In this document: one piece after another, positions 38,008 through 47,190 of the stretch
Position numbering within the stretch: position 1 is the first letter of the stretch
How the letters are laid out: each line of letters begins with the position of its first letter
NCBI GenBank assembly: GCA_964411375.1
Contig: CAYPKR010000001.1
Coordinates: forward strand, 40,227-104,226
DNA length: 64,000 bases
Source: an uncultured Candidatus Saccharibacteria bacterium
GTDB lineage: Bacteria; Patescibacteriota; Minisyncoccia; Phycocordibacterales; UBA12088
Reading direction: 5' to 3'
Translations under genes and position numbers: made by a program
Notes under the pieces: model-generated
What the model was told of the DNA's origin: nothing
Database searches by the model: none
Seen by the model: the letters and a program-made list of their open reading frames with translations, nothing else

Positions 38008-38451
38008 CTAGAACTCTGATTTATCGAAATACCATTCGATTGCGTCTCCGCCTTTGACCTGCAATTTGTCCGCCCCGACTTGCGGCATTACTCCGTTCAC
38101 TCTGTACTGCCAATACTCATCATTCACCCCATTCGTTTTATTGCCGATGCTTTCGACAAGTGTTCCGAGCCCGGAATACTCTTTTGTTATGAGTCGTACT
38201 TCTTCTTGCTGAGTATCGAGTTGTTGTAGTATCTCAAGCACAGTTTTAGGAGAAGAAAACTGGACGCTCTTATCAACATAGAGCCCATCAATCGTTACGG
38301 TAACGGTTTGTGTTTGCGTCTGCGTCTGTGAAGATCCTTGTTCTGGCCCCTTGGCAATCTCAATACGGTCTATGGTTGCAGAAATCCCAAAAAGAAGCGC
38401 TGCAACAATAGCTCCTACCCCTACTATTTGCCAAATTGTTTTCTTGCTCAT
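38008..38451 (-). CDS. DUF4430 (transcobalamin C-terminal-like) exported protein
   Basis: TM; LGTLVESIG, YWQYRVNG..VGA..GDAIEW. Confidence 0.8.
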   Translation of the reverse strand: MSKKTIWQIVGVGAIVAALLFGISATIDRIEIAKGPEQGSSQTQTQTQTVTVTIDGLYVDKSVQFSSPKTVLEILQQLDTQQEEVRLITKEYSGLGTLVESIGNKTNGVNDEYWQYRVNGVMPQVGADKLQVKGGDAIEWYFDKSEF

Positions 38452-38464
38452 AATTTTATAGATA

Positions 38465-38998
38465 CTAATAAGATGGCGATGCCTCTTTTATTTCTTCTTT
38501 TGCTGCCGCATACCGTGCAAGTGTGTACAGAAGGCTTGAGAGACGATTTAGGTATGCGAGCGATTCGCGGGACACCTTTTGTTTTGTAGCCAATGCAATC
38601 ACGGACCGCTCTGCACGTCGCGTAACTGTTCGGGCATAATCAAGAAAGGCCGATATCGCTGTTGCGCCCGGAATCACAAAAGCATGCGGATTGCCAATAA
38701 TGGTTTCAATGTGATCGATAACATTCTCAAGAGCTCCTACACGCACTTTATCAATTTGCTTGTCTGATCCGGCAAGCTCCGCTTGGATGATAAAAAGTGC
38801 TTCCTGCGCATCTCGAATCTCCTTCTGGAAAGATATCTCGCCAGTTGTTCCAGCCGCGAACAGCCTGCATATGCCCAAAAGGGAGTTAAGTTCATCGAGC
38901 GTACCGAGGGCGTCATACACGAGACTGTTCTTTGGAAGTCGTTTTTTGGTTCCAAAGAGTCCTGACGCTCCATTGTCTCCTTTGCGAGTGTACAGCAT
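38465..38998 (-). CDS. pduO: PduO-type cob(I)alamin adenosyltransferase
   Basis: YTRKGDNG, GTLDELNS, ARTVTRRAER, YLNRLSS. Confidence 0.93.
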   Translation of the reverse strand: MLYTRKGDNGASGLFGTKKRLPKNSLVYDALGTLDELNSLLGICRLFAAGTTGEISFQKEIRDAQEALFIIQAELAGSDKQIDKVRVGALENVIDHIETIIGNPHAFVIPGATAISAFLDYARTVTRRAERSVIALATKQKVSRESLAYLNRLSSLLYTLARYAAAKEEIKEASPSY

Positions 38999-39003
38999 GT
39001 TGT

Positions 39004-41340
39004 TTAATGCGCCGCAACGGCTTCAGACACTTCAATTGGTAGTGTGATGTCGATCTCGCATGTGCCACCAGCACAAGCAAGTTCGCGCTTTTGTTCCGTC
39101 TCGTCGGCATGTTCATATACAAGCAATTTCGAGTAATCAACGGTGGGTAATTTTGCTGCCATCTCGTCGTGTTGCTTTTTAGTAATAGTCTCGTATGGTG
39201 CAAGACGGTAAATGTGGTCAAATCGCGGAAGGAAGGAAAGTCCGCCAATGATGTCCCAATTCTTTTGTATCCAATCAACGACGCCGATCCACTCATCTTC
39301 ACCCACGGATATTGTCGCGGAAGGGTTGTGTTCTGTGTAATTAAGTTTTACCGTTTTCCAATATTCCAGTTGCTCAAGCGCAGAGAAGTCATCCTTAAAT
39401 TTGGCATCCCCGGGAGACTCAATTGGGAATTCTAGAACGAACGTCGTTGCGGTCTCTTCTGTCTGTCCAACTTCGGGGTGGTATGGAATACCTTGGTCTT
39501 TCAGCATTTTGAACAAAGAGTCGGTCGCCGATATGCGTACGCGGCGAATGTAGTATTTTGCGTGGCGCGGGTGGATGCCGGAAGAGCAATTGAATGTCTG
39601 TGAGACGGTGCCCGAAGGCTTTACGGCAGTAACCGAAAGAGAAGGTTTAATCCCAAAACGTTGAGCATATACTACGTTAGTTTTGACAGCCATATCACGC
39701 ATGGCTCGCATGGTCTCTGGATTGCGTGCGGCTTCAGAATCCCATTGACCTGTTACGGAAACGCCCAAAAGACGCTCCTCCTCACAATGCTTCGTCCAAT
39801 CTTTAGAGATGTAGTTAAAGCGGGATAATGAGGATTGATACGTTCCAAGGAGTGACGCCAAGCGCGCCTTTCGCACTAGACTCTCGTGAGTATCGTTTGC
39901 ACGAGCAATGATTTCTGAGAGATTGCAGAATTGTTTCGATTGCAGGATAATCTCGCCGCACGGGTTTGTACCAATGGGACCTTGCACCACGCCGCCTTCG
40001 TCGATAAATCCAACACTCTTAAAGTATTTTTCTCGCCGCTTTGGCAGGGTGTTTATAAGTGATCCACGATTAAAGATACCTCGCTCTCCGGAACCGCTCT
40101 TCATGAGAGCTACCCACTCCTCCATAAGCTCGTTGCTCGTTGGTCTGGTTCCATACACGGCAGAATTATTGGCGACGGAGCGATGAGGCTCGGTAAGGAA
40201 AAACTGGCCCTTTTTCGCGTCACGCATGTCTGCATCATCCAAGTCAGAGAGGCTAATCATGGCAGTTCGACGTACGCCCCCCGACACCACACATTCGCCG
40301 ATCTTGCAGATAATGTCGTGGACATCTATCGAGCGTAGCCGCCTACCTTGCCGTTTCAATATCTTTTCTCGTGCAAACGCAAGGAGCGACCGAAGCGGTT
40401 CTGGACCAGATGCCTTGCCTCCCATGGTTTTAAGTCGTGCACCTGCAGGACGGACGAGGGAAAAATCAAATTCGATATCCTTTCCTGCGTACCATGTCTT
40501 GAGTCCTAGAGTTAATGCGTCACACCAGCCCTCCTTCGAGTCTGCCACGACGTGAGCTGGTAATTTTTTCTGGATTTGCTTTTGTATCTGCGGCAGTTGT
40601 TCAATATTCTGGCTTTCAACCGCGAACCCCACGCCACATCCTTGCATAGACAGGTACATGATCTCCGCGAAATCCCCTAAAGCCGTTGGCGCGATAAACG
40701 TGCAGTTATACGCACAGGTATTACAGCGTCGTGCAGGTTCGCCTGCAAACTGCATAAGACGCATCGATGGCATAACTTCTTGCTTCAAAACTGCCTCCCG
40801 CACCTCTGCGTATTCTCCCTCTGAAAGTTTCTCCCCAATATTTTCGCGCATAAATGCCATGTATCGGTCAACTGTTTCGAGCCATGTCTCGCGGCGTTTT
40901 TCAGTGTCAATCCAACGGGCATAGGTACGGAGATAGACAAACTCGCCAAGAGGGTTCCCCTCAAAATATTTCTTGCTCTCGACAGTGAGAGCGCGAACAT
41001 GGTCAGGAACCTCACCGAACTCAGATCGTTTCTCCGCTCGTTCCGCTCGGTACAGGATGTATGCCTTAGCAGATTTAAGAAAGCCCAAAAGCATCAGTCC
41101 TGTCTCCACTTCATCCTGCACCTCCTCAACAGTTGGGGTAAAGTGCTCATCTGCAAGTCTCTTTGCGTCGAGTCTTTTTTCAACTGCCCGAGCAACTGTC
41201 TCAGCAGCACTTTCTTCAAACTCGCCAACCGATTTCATTGCCTTGCCAACCGCAATTACAATCTTTCCTCTTTCAAAGGGAACGGTAGCGCCGTTGCGTT
41301 TTATGATGGTAGTAAGTTTGGGAGAAGTGGATTGCGACAT
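39004..41340 (-). CDS. nrdJ: Class II (AdoCbl-dependent) ribonucleotide reductase with ATP cone
   Basis: IKRNG ATP cone, TNPCGEI, VKPSGT, C-terminal CAGGTC. Confidence 0.93.
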   Translation of the reverse strand: MSQSTSPKLTTIIKRNGATVPFERGKIVIAVGKAMKSVGEFEESAAETVARAVEKRLDAKRLADEHFTPTVEEVQDEVETGLMLLGFLKSAKAYILYRAERAEKRSEFGEVPDHVRALTVESKKYFEGNPLGEFVYLRTYARWIDTEKRRETWLETVDRYMAFMRENIGEKLSEGEYAEVREAVLKQEVMPSMRLMQFAGEPARRCNTCAYNCTFIAPTALGDFAEIMYLSMQGCGVGFAVESQNIEQLPQIQKQIQKKLPAHVVADSKEGWCDALTLGLKTWYAGKDIEFDFSLVRPAGARLKTMGGKASGPEPLRSLLAFAREKILKRQGRRLRSIDVHDIICKIGECVVSGGVRRTAMISLSDLDDADMRDAKKGQFFLTEPHRSVANNSAVYGTRPTSNELMEEWVALMKSGSGERGIFNRGSLINTLPKRREKYFKSVGFIDEGGVVQGPIGTNPCGEIILQSKQFCNLSEIIARANDTHESLVRKARLASLLGTYQSSLSRFNYISKDWTKHCEEERLLGVSVTGQWDSEAARNPETMRAMRDMAVKTNVVYAQRFGIKPSLSVTAVKPSGTVSQTFNCSSGIHPRHAKYYIRRVRISATDSLFKMLKDQGIPYHPEVGQTEETATTFVLEFPIESPGDAKFKDDFSALEQLEYWKTVKLNYTEHNPSATISVGEDEWIGVVDWIQKNWDIIGGLSFLPRFDHIYRLAPYETITKKQHDEMAAKLPTVDYSKLLVYEHADETEQKRELACAGGTCEIDITLPIEVSEAVAAH

Positions 41341-41383
41341 ACAGATAGATGCGTTATATTGATAATGGTCTATGCATTTTAAT

Positions 41384-41399
41384 ATAGATGACCATCTAT
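41384..41399. promoter_or_regulatory. Palindromic operator overlapping the ArsR start codon
   Basis: ATAGATG-AC-CATCTAT in the 57-bp divergent gap. Confidence 0.6.
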
Positions 41400-41769
41400 G
41401 AGTAAGAAAAAACTGGGGAAAAGAGTCGGCGGAAAGAATAGCGACACGAAAAAAGATGAGCGTACATACCCTCGGCCTACATGGGTGCCCAAAACCGTAT
41501 CAGGCGAGGAGGAATTGTGCCCAGATTGCTTCAAAGTCGTCGGGGAAAGGAGCCGCTACAATCTTGTGTGCATGCTCGGCAAGGCCAAAGAAGGCATGAC
41601 TGTGACTGAACTGACTGAAAAAATGAACCTGCGCCAGCCTACCATTACGCACCACCTTCAGACGCTGCACTCCGTTGATGCCGTTGAAATCGAGCCGCGG
41701 GGGCGGGAGCGAATCTATAAGCTCAACCGGGACGCACACTGCTTTGAAGAGTGTAAAATTCCTTATTAA
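41398..41769 (+). CDS. ArsR/SmtB-family regulator
   Basis: TVTELTEKMNLRQPTITHHLQTL, RGRERIY; CPDC and CFEEC cysteine pairs. Confidence 0.88.
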   Translation: MSKKKLGKRVGGKNSDTKKDERTYPRPTWVPKTVSGEEELCPDCFKVVGERSRYNLVCMLGKAKEGMTVTELTEKMNLRQPTITHHLQTLHSVDAVEIEPRGRERIYKLNRDAHCFEECKIPY

Positions 41770-41774
41770 GGTCT

Positions 41775-42995
41775 ATGGAAATTCTTTCGTTTCTTTGGCA
41801 ATATCTCGTTGAAGGTTTTGGACTCTTAATAGCCTATGTCTTTGCAGGTGTTTTTATCTTTCTCGTGTTGCGCCAGTTCCACTCATGGAAAATAACAGCT
41901 GCACTGGTTGCAATCTTTATTGGTGTCTCTATTGCTTTTTATGTGCCGAATGGCATTCCGCATGCGTTTGAGTATCCGTTCGGCTTGCGAACCTTCGGTC
42001 CCTCTACTGGACCTGTGCTCCCATTCACAAACGTAATTGGGTTCTTGAGAAACTTCAACTCATTTGAAAGTGTAGCGAATGTTGCTCGCGACCCTAACGA
42101 TGTGTCACAGATAGCTGCGCGTGATGCTGAAGGAGTAGTTGAAATCAATCTCACTGCCAAGGAGGTCATTGGCGAGATGGCTGATGGGGTGACTTTCAAC
42201 TACTGGACCTTTGATGGATCGGTACCGGGCCCGTTTCTGCGCGTACGCGAAGGAGATACTGTCCGTCTTACACTCACGAACGATCCAACAAGTTTGCACC
42301 ACCACTCTATAGACCTTCACGCTGTCACTGGTCCTGGGGGCGGCGCAGCAGCTACTATTGTTGCTCCGGGAGAGAGCAAGACAATAACGTTCAAGGCGTT
42401 AAACCCGGGAATCTTTATCTATCACTGCGCTCATCCGAACGTTGCCAACCACATGGCGCATGGGATGTACGGGCTCATCCTTGTTGAACCTGAAGGAGGG
42501 CTACCCCCCGTCGATAAAGAGTTCTACGTTGTACAGGGAGAATTCTACAGTTCCGGCTCTCTCGGACGCAAAGGCTTGCAACTTTTTGACCCGCAAGCAA
42601 TGCTCGACGGTAAGCCGCAGTATGTGGTTTTCAATGGGAAGACCGGCGCACTTGTTGGGAATATGAATGTGGACGTCGGCGACACAGTACGTTTCTATGT
42701 CGGGAACGGCGGCGTCAATCTCATTTCCAGTTTCCATGTCATTGGTGAAATCTTCGATCGGGTTTACCGAGAGGGAGATTTAGTGAGTGTTCCCGCCCAA
42801 AGTGTGCAGACCACCCTTATCCCTGCAGGAGGCGCAGCAGCGGTTGAATTTAAGGTCGATTACCCCGGCAATTACATCCTTGTCGACCACGCGCTTTCCC
42901 GGCTTGATCGCGGGGCGTGGGGAGTGCTGCAAGTGAAAGGCGAGGCAAATCCGGCTATTTTTGAGGGGGAGATACAGAGCGGCCACGGACATTAG
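41775..42995 (+). CDS. nirK: Copper-containing nitrite reductase with N-terminal TM segments
   Basis: HSIDLHA, YHCAHP..HMAHGMYG, SSFHVIGEIFD, VDHAL. Confidence 0.93.
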   Translation: MEILSFLWQYLVEGFGLLIAYVFAGVFIFLVLRQFHSWKITAALVAIFIGVSIAFYVPNGIPHAFEYPFGLRTFGPSTGPVLPFTNVIGFLRNFNSFESVANVARDPNDVSQIAARDAEGVVEINLTAKEVIGEMADGVTFNYWTFDGSVPGPFLRVREGDTVRLTLTNDPTSLHHHSIDLHAVTGPGGGAAATIVAPGESKTITFKALNPGIFIYHCAHPNVANHMAHGMYGLILVEPEGGLPPVDKEFYVVQGEFYSSGSLGRKGLQLFDPQAMLDGKPQYVVFNGKTGALVGNMNVDVGDTVRFYVGNGGVNLISSFHVIGEIFDRVYREGDLVSVPAQSVQTTLIPAGGAAAVEFKVDYPGNYILVDHALSRLDRGAWGVLQVKGEANPAIFEGEIQSGHGH

Positions 42996-43078
42996 GGAAT
43001 CAAGGCTAAAGTTACCAACTCCAGGGGTCTCGGGACGCTCTGGACTCCTAGGGCGGTCTGCGTCATTCCTTGTGTTGT

Positions 43079-44410
43079 ATGGAAAACATAGCAACATCAA
43101 GGGTGAACCTCGGCGTGAGGCAGGCTGGGCCAGCACCCATTATCAAGTACTGCCTCTATGCGAGAAAAAGTACGGAGTCAGAGGAACGCCAAATCCTCTC
43201 AATAGACAGTCAGATTAAGGAGATGATTCAGCTCGCCGAGCGCGAGGGCCTTGAGATAGTCGAAATCAAGAGAGAATCACATTCGGCGAAAGAGACAGGA
43301 CAACGTCCAGTCTTCAACGAAATTATCGACGAAATCCGGCAAGGTAAATTCACAGGAATACTCACTTGGGCACCAGACCGTATCAGTAGAAATGCTGGAG
43401 ACCTCGGAAAAATAGTCGACCTCATGGACGCCAAGCTCTTGATAGAGATACGCACCTTCGGGCAACGATTTACGAATAGCCCGAGTGAGAAATTCTTACT
43501 GATGATATTAGGAAGTCAGGCGAAACTTGAGAATGATAACCGAGGTATCAACGTAAAGCGTGGATTGCGAACGAGAGTTGAGATGGGATTGTGGCCTGGA
43601 GTCGCACCGCTTGGATACCTGAATCAAAAGTTGATGGACAAGAAGTGTCAGATTGCGGTCGATACAGCACGGGCACCGATAGTGAAGAAAATGTTCGAGA
43701 AGGTCGCCTACGAACATTACTCAGGCAGAAAGATTTACAACTGGTTAAAGTTTGAACTGAACTTTCATACACGAGGAAATAAGCCACTGACACTCAGTGG
43801 TGTGTATCGTATGCTCGACAATCCGTTCTACTACGGACCATTTGAATATCCACGAGATAGCGGAAACTGGTATCAAGGAAGACATACGCCACTCATCACT
43901 CAAGAGTTATTTGAGAAAGCTCAAGCACAACTAAAGCGTGACAAGATAGTGCGCGAGAATAAAGAGTTCGCCTTCACTAAATTATTTACCTGCGGATACT
44001 GTGGGTCAGGGATATCAGCGGAAGAAAAATGGAAACCGCTCAAAGATGGAACGTCAGCACACTATATTTACTACGGCTGTAGTCGAGCGAGAGACCGTAA
44101 CTGCAAAAATAAATACATTCGAGAAGAAGAACTCATTGACAATCTTCTCAAGATTATGGATGTAGTGAACATCAACGAGCTTGGCATGAGACAGAAGCTT
44201 GAAGATGAAATACGGCGATTCAACAAATTGCAGAAGATAGTGAACGGAAAGAGTGGTAACTCACTAGTGGAAGAAGACGACGTAAACATCAGACAATATG
44301 CTAAGTACCTACTCAAAGAAGGGAGTACATCAGACAAGCGAGAATTACTGGCAAATCTACGAAGCAGACTGAACTACAAAGACAAAAAGATAACGATGAT
44401 TGAGGAGTAG
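43079..44410 (+). CDS. Large serine recombinase
   Basis: YARKSTE, SAKETGQRP, DRISRN, recombinase domain, Zn ribbon CGYCG..YYGC..C. Confidence 0.95.
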   Translation: MENIATSRVNLGVRQAGPAPIIKYCLYARKSTESEERQILSIDSQIKEMIQLAEREGLEIVEIKRESHSAKETGQRPVFNEIIDEIRQGKFTGILTWAPDRISRNAGDLGKIVDLMDAKLLIEIRTFGQRFTNSPSEKFLLMILGSQAKLENDNRGINVKRGLRTRVEMGLWPGVAPLGYLNQKLMDKKCQIAVDTARAPIVKKMFEKVAYEHYSGRKIYNWLKFELNFHTRGNKPLTLSGVYRMLDNPFYYGPFEYPRDSGNWYQGRHTPLITQELFEKAQAQLKRDKIVRENKEFAFTKLFTCGYCGSGISAEEKWKPLKDGTSAHYIYYGCSRARDRNCKNKYIREEELIDNLLKIMDVVNINELGMRQKLEDEIRRFNKLQKIVNGKSGNSLVEEDDVNIRQYAKYLLKEGSTSDKRELLANLRSRLNYKDKKITMIEE

Positions 44411-44414
44411 AGAA

Positions 44415-44449
44415 AACAAAAACAGCGAACAAAATTCGCTGTTTTTGTT
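44415..44449. terminator. Terminator between the recombinase and tRNA-Ser
   Basis: AACAAAAACAGCGAA-CAAAA-TTCGCTGTTTTTGTT. Confidence 0.75.
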
Positions 44450-44518
44450 ACAACTTTTTAGGCACTCGGGTCACAGCTTACTCGCTATTACTCGGGTCAT
44501 GCCGATAAGAAATTGTCT

Positions 44519-44606
44519 TGGCGGAGGGAGAGGGATTCGAACCCTCGGTACCTTGCGGCACTCCTGTTTTCAAGACAGGTGCACTCGACCACTATGCGAT
44601 CCCTCC
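44519..44606 (-). tRNA. tRNA-Ser(TGA)
   Basis: CCTGT-CTTGAAA-ACAGG; long variable arm; G73 and encoded CCA. Confidence 0.95.
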
Positions 44607-44688
44607 TCTTTTCTTTGTCTCGACAGACTATCGGAGACTGGCAAACTATGCAACATTCGTATATTTCCAAGTCTGCTAAAATAGCCGA

Positions 44689-46386
44689 ATGACCCAATCC
44701 GAAGTGCTCGATATCCTCAAAACTGGCGCGAATGTATTCCTGACTGGCGAGCCAGGTTCTGGAAAGACGCATACGACGAATGAATACATTCGCTATCTTC
44801 GCGAACACGGTATTGAACCTGCGGTTACTGCATCAACCGGCATCGCCGCAACGCACAGCGGCGGACAGACAATTCATTCGTGGAGTGGAATCGGCATCAA
44901 GTCTTCCCTCTCTCCGTATGATCTCGATCAGATTGCATCAAACGAAGGTCGTGCCAAAAAAATCCGCCGCACGACAACACTCATCATCGACGAAGTGTCG
45001 ATGCTCTCTGCGGCAACGCTTTCGATGGTTGATGCGGTGTGTCGCGAAGTAAAAGGTCGCGATGAACCGTTTGGTGGACTACAGATTGTACTCGTCGGCG
45101 ATTTTTTCCAGCTACCACCAATTGAAAAAGGCGGGAGCGACCTTTTTGGTGCACCAAATCCATCCGGTGAAAAAAACTTCGCGTATCGTTCCCCTTCATG
45201 GGAGAAGATGCGCGCGGTTGTCTGCTATCTCTCTGAACAGCATCGCCAAGAAGATGATTCGTTTCTTGGGGTTTTGACGGCGATTAGAAATGGTTCGGTT
45301 GGCGCAACGCATCACAAATTGCTTCGTGAGCGAAAGATTGAAAAAGAGAACGAAAATGCAACGCAACTTTTTTCACACAATATCGATGTTGATCGAATCA
45401 ATGATGCGGAACTCGCGAAACTTGCGGGCAATCCGCGCACGTACACCATGACCTCACGTGGTGCGACCCATCTCACCGAACAGTTGAAGCGCGGCTGTCT
45501 CTCTCCTGAATTTCTTTCACTCAAAATCGGCGCACGAGTGATGTTCACCAAAAATAATTTTGAAGAAGGATATGTAAACGGCACACTCGGTATTGTTGAG
45601 TCATTTTCAGACCAAGGACCGGTCGTCAAAATCCGATCAGGAAAAGTAATCACGGTGACGCCGCTTGAATGGACGGTGGAAGACTCGGGGAAAATTCTCG
45701 CAAAGATTATTCAGCTGCCGCTCCGCCTCGCATGGGCGATCACTGTACACAAAAGCCAAGGAATGTCTTTGGATGCCGCGCATATGGATCTCTCAAAAGC
45801 ATTTGAATACGGACAAGGGTATGTGGCGCTTTCTCGCGTGCGCACATTATCTGGTGTTTCCTTGATCGGTATTAATGAACGCGCGCTCCAGGTGCACCCA
45901 ATGATCGCAAAGCAGGATGTGGCGTTTCGCAGTGAATCGAAGGAAGCGGTGGAAGCGTTTGGAGGAATTTCAAAAAAAGAGTTGGGAGAAATGCATGCCA
46001 ATTTTATTAAAGCTTCTGGTGGAACACTGACCGCAAAAAAGATTGCGCCGAAGAGCCTGAAGGAGAAAAAGATGCCGAAGAAGGGTGACACCATCGCGGC
46101 GACCAAAACGTTTGTTGATAAAAAACTTCCGATTGAAGCAATCGCAAAAGAGAGAGGGGTGACACTCGGAACAATACTCGGTCATGTCGAATCGCTCTAC
46201 GTTGATGGAAAAATTGGAAAGACAGAACTTACTGCACTCTTCAAAAACCAACGGAAGTCATTTTCCGATATAGAGAAAGCGTTCTACAAACTTGGTGCTG
46301 AAAAACTCAAGCCTATTTTTGAGTATTTCAAAGGAAAGGTCTCGTACGATGAGATAAAGATGGCGCGAATGCTCTTTGAGAAGTAG
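44689..46386 (+). CDS. PIF1-family helicase with C-terminal HTH
   Basis: GEPGSGKT, IIDEVSM, GDFFQLPP, AWAITVHKSQGMSL, YVALSR. Confidence 0.92.
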   Translation: MTQSEVLDILKTGANVFLTGEPGSGKTHTTNEYIRYLREHGIEPAVTASTGIAATHSGGQTIHSWSGIGIKSSLSPYDLDQIASNEGRAKKIRRTTTLIIDEVSMLSAATLSMVDAVCREVKGRDEPFGGLQIVLVGDFFQLPPIEKGGSDLFGAPNPSGEKNFAYRSPSWEKMRAVVCYLSEQHRQEDDSFLGVLTAIRNGSVGATHHKLLRERKIEKENENATQLFSHNIDVDRINDAELAKLAGNPRTYTMTSRGATHLTEQLKRGCLSPEFLSLKIGARVMFTKNNFEEGYVNGTLGIVESFSDQGPVVKIRSGKVITVTPLEWTVEDSGKILAKIIQLPLRLAWAITVHKSQGMSLDAAHMDLSKAFEYGQGYVALSRVRTLSGVSLIGINERALQVHPMIAKQDVAFRSESKEAVEAFGGISKKELGEMHANFIKASGGTLTAKKIAPKSLKEKKMPKKGDTIAATKTFVDKKLPIEAIAKERGVTLGTILGHVESLYVDGKIGKTELTALFKNQRKSFSDIEKAFYKLGAEKLKPIFEYFKGKVSYDEIKMARMLFEK

Positions 46387-46451
46387 TAAATTGCTCTAGG
46401 GAATGTGGATGATTCATTTTGTAGTATTTGTGTCGTGATACACTACTAGGA

Positions 46452-46934
46452 ATGGCTGAAGAGGTTCCTCAATTTGAATGGAGTGCATACGAGCACGAAC
46501 ATATGGAGCGCTCAAATGAGTGGTTCTGGATCGTTGGCATCATTGCGGTTGCACTCGCAATTGCGGCTTTGATTCTCGGTAATCCCCTCTTCGCGGCACT
46601 CATCGTCATCTCGGCATTTCTTCTTGCGATGTTTGCGGTGAAGAAGCCGGAAGAAATACTCTACCAACTCACCCCAAAAGGCGTGCGCATTAATAACGCA
46701 CTCTATCCATACCGAACGCTCAATTCATTTTTCGTAACGCATGGTGATCCGCGTCTTGATATGATTCCAAAGTTGCTCCTTGAATCAGAACGTCCGCTGA
46801 TGCCGCTCATGTCCATTCCACTTGCACCGGGAATGGATCCGGATGATGTCCGAGAATTCATGCTCCAATTTGTAAAAGAAGAGGAACACAAGGAACCAAT
46901 CGCTCATCACCTTCTGGCGATGATTGGACTCTAG
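46452..46934 (+). CDS. Conserved membrane protein (2 TM + PH-like region)
   Basis: FEWSAYEHEHMERSNEWFW followed by two TMs. Confidence 0.75.
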   Translation: MAEEVPQFEWSAYEHEHMERSNEWFWIVGIIAVALAIAALILGNPLFAALIVISAFLLAMFAVKKPEEILYQLTPKGVRINNALYPYRTLNSFFVTHGDPRLDMIPKLLLESERPLMPLMSIPLAPGMDPDDVREFMLQFVKEEEHKEPIAHHLLAMIGL

Positions 46935-47005
46935 TGATCTGGAAAAAATCGACGTTTCTTGCTACAGTGCCTCGACAAGGCGCTTTTCCGTTATCGCCTC
47001 AATAT

Positions 47006-47077
47006 CCTCTCGTAGTTCAACGGATAGAACGCGGGATTGCGGATCCCGTAATGTAGGTTCGATTCCTGCCGAGAGGA
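47006..47077 (+). tRNA. tRNA-Arg(GCG)
   Basis: CGGGA-TTGCGGA-TCCCG; A20 in the D-loop; no encoded CCA. Confidence 0.92.
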
Positions 47078-47190
47078 CAAGAAAAACGAAAAATGCCCCG
47101 AATTTCATCGGGGCATTTTTCGTTTGCACAGAAGCTGGTAACCGAGTAAGGTACTGGCGGGTTAGTAAAGGTATGGGAAGGGATAAAGAG

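Larger units (their letters stand above)
27131..44472. mobile_element. Serine-recombinase genomic island (~17.3 kb) next to tRNA-Ser
   Basis: Recombinase at the right end, phage-like and defence genes, and a 16/18 direct repeat at both ends (TTTTGAGGCACGCGGGTC / TTTTTAGGCACTCGGGTC). Confidence 0.7.

Noticed and set aside
41341-41397. Cobalamin riboswitch upstream of nrdJ
   Set aside because: The gap is only 57 bp, AT-rich, and has no B12 box
27131-44472. Complete prophage
   Set aside because: No recognisable portal, capsid, tail, lysis or replication genes
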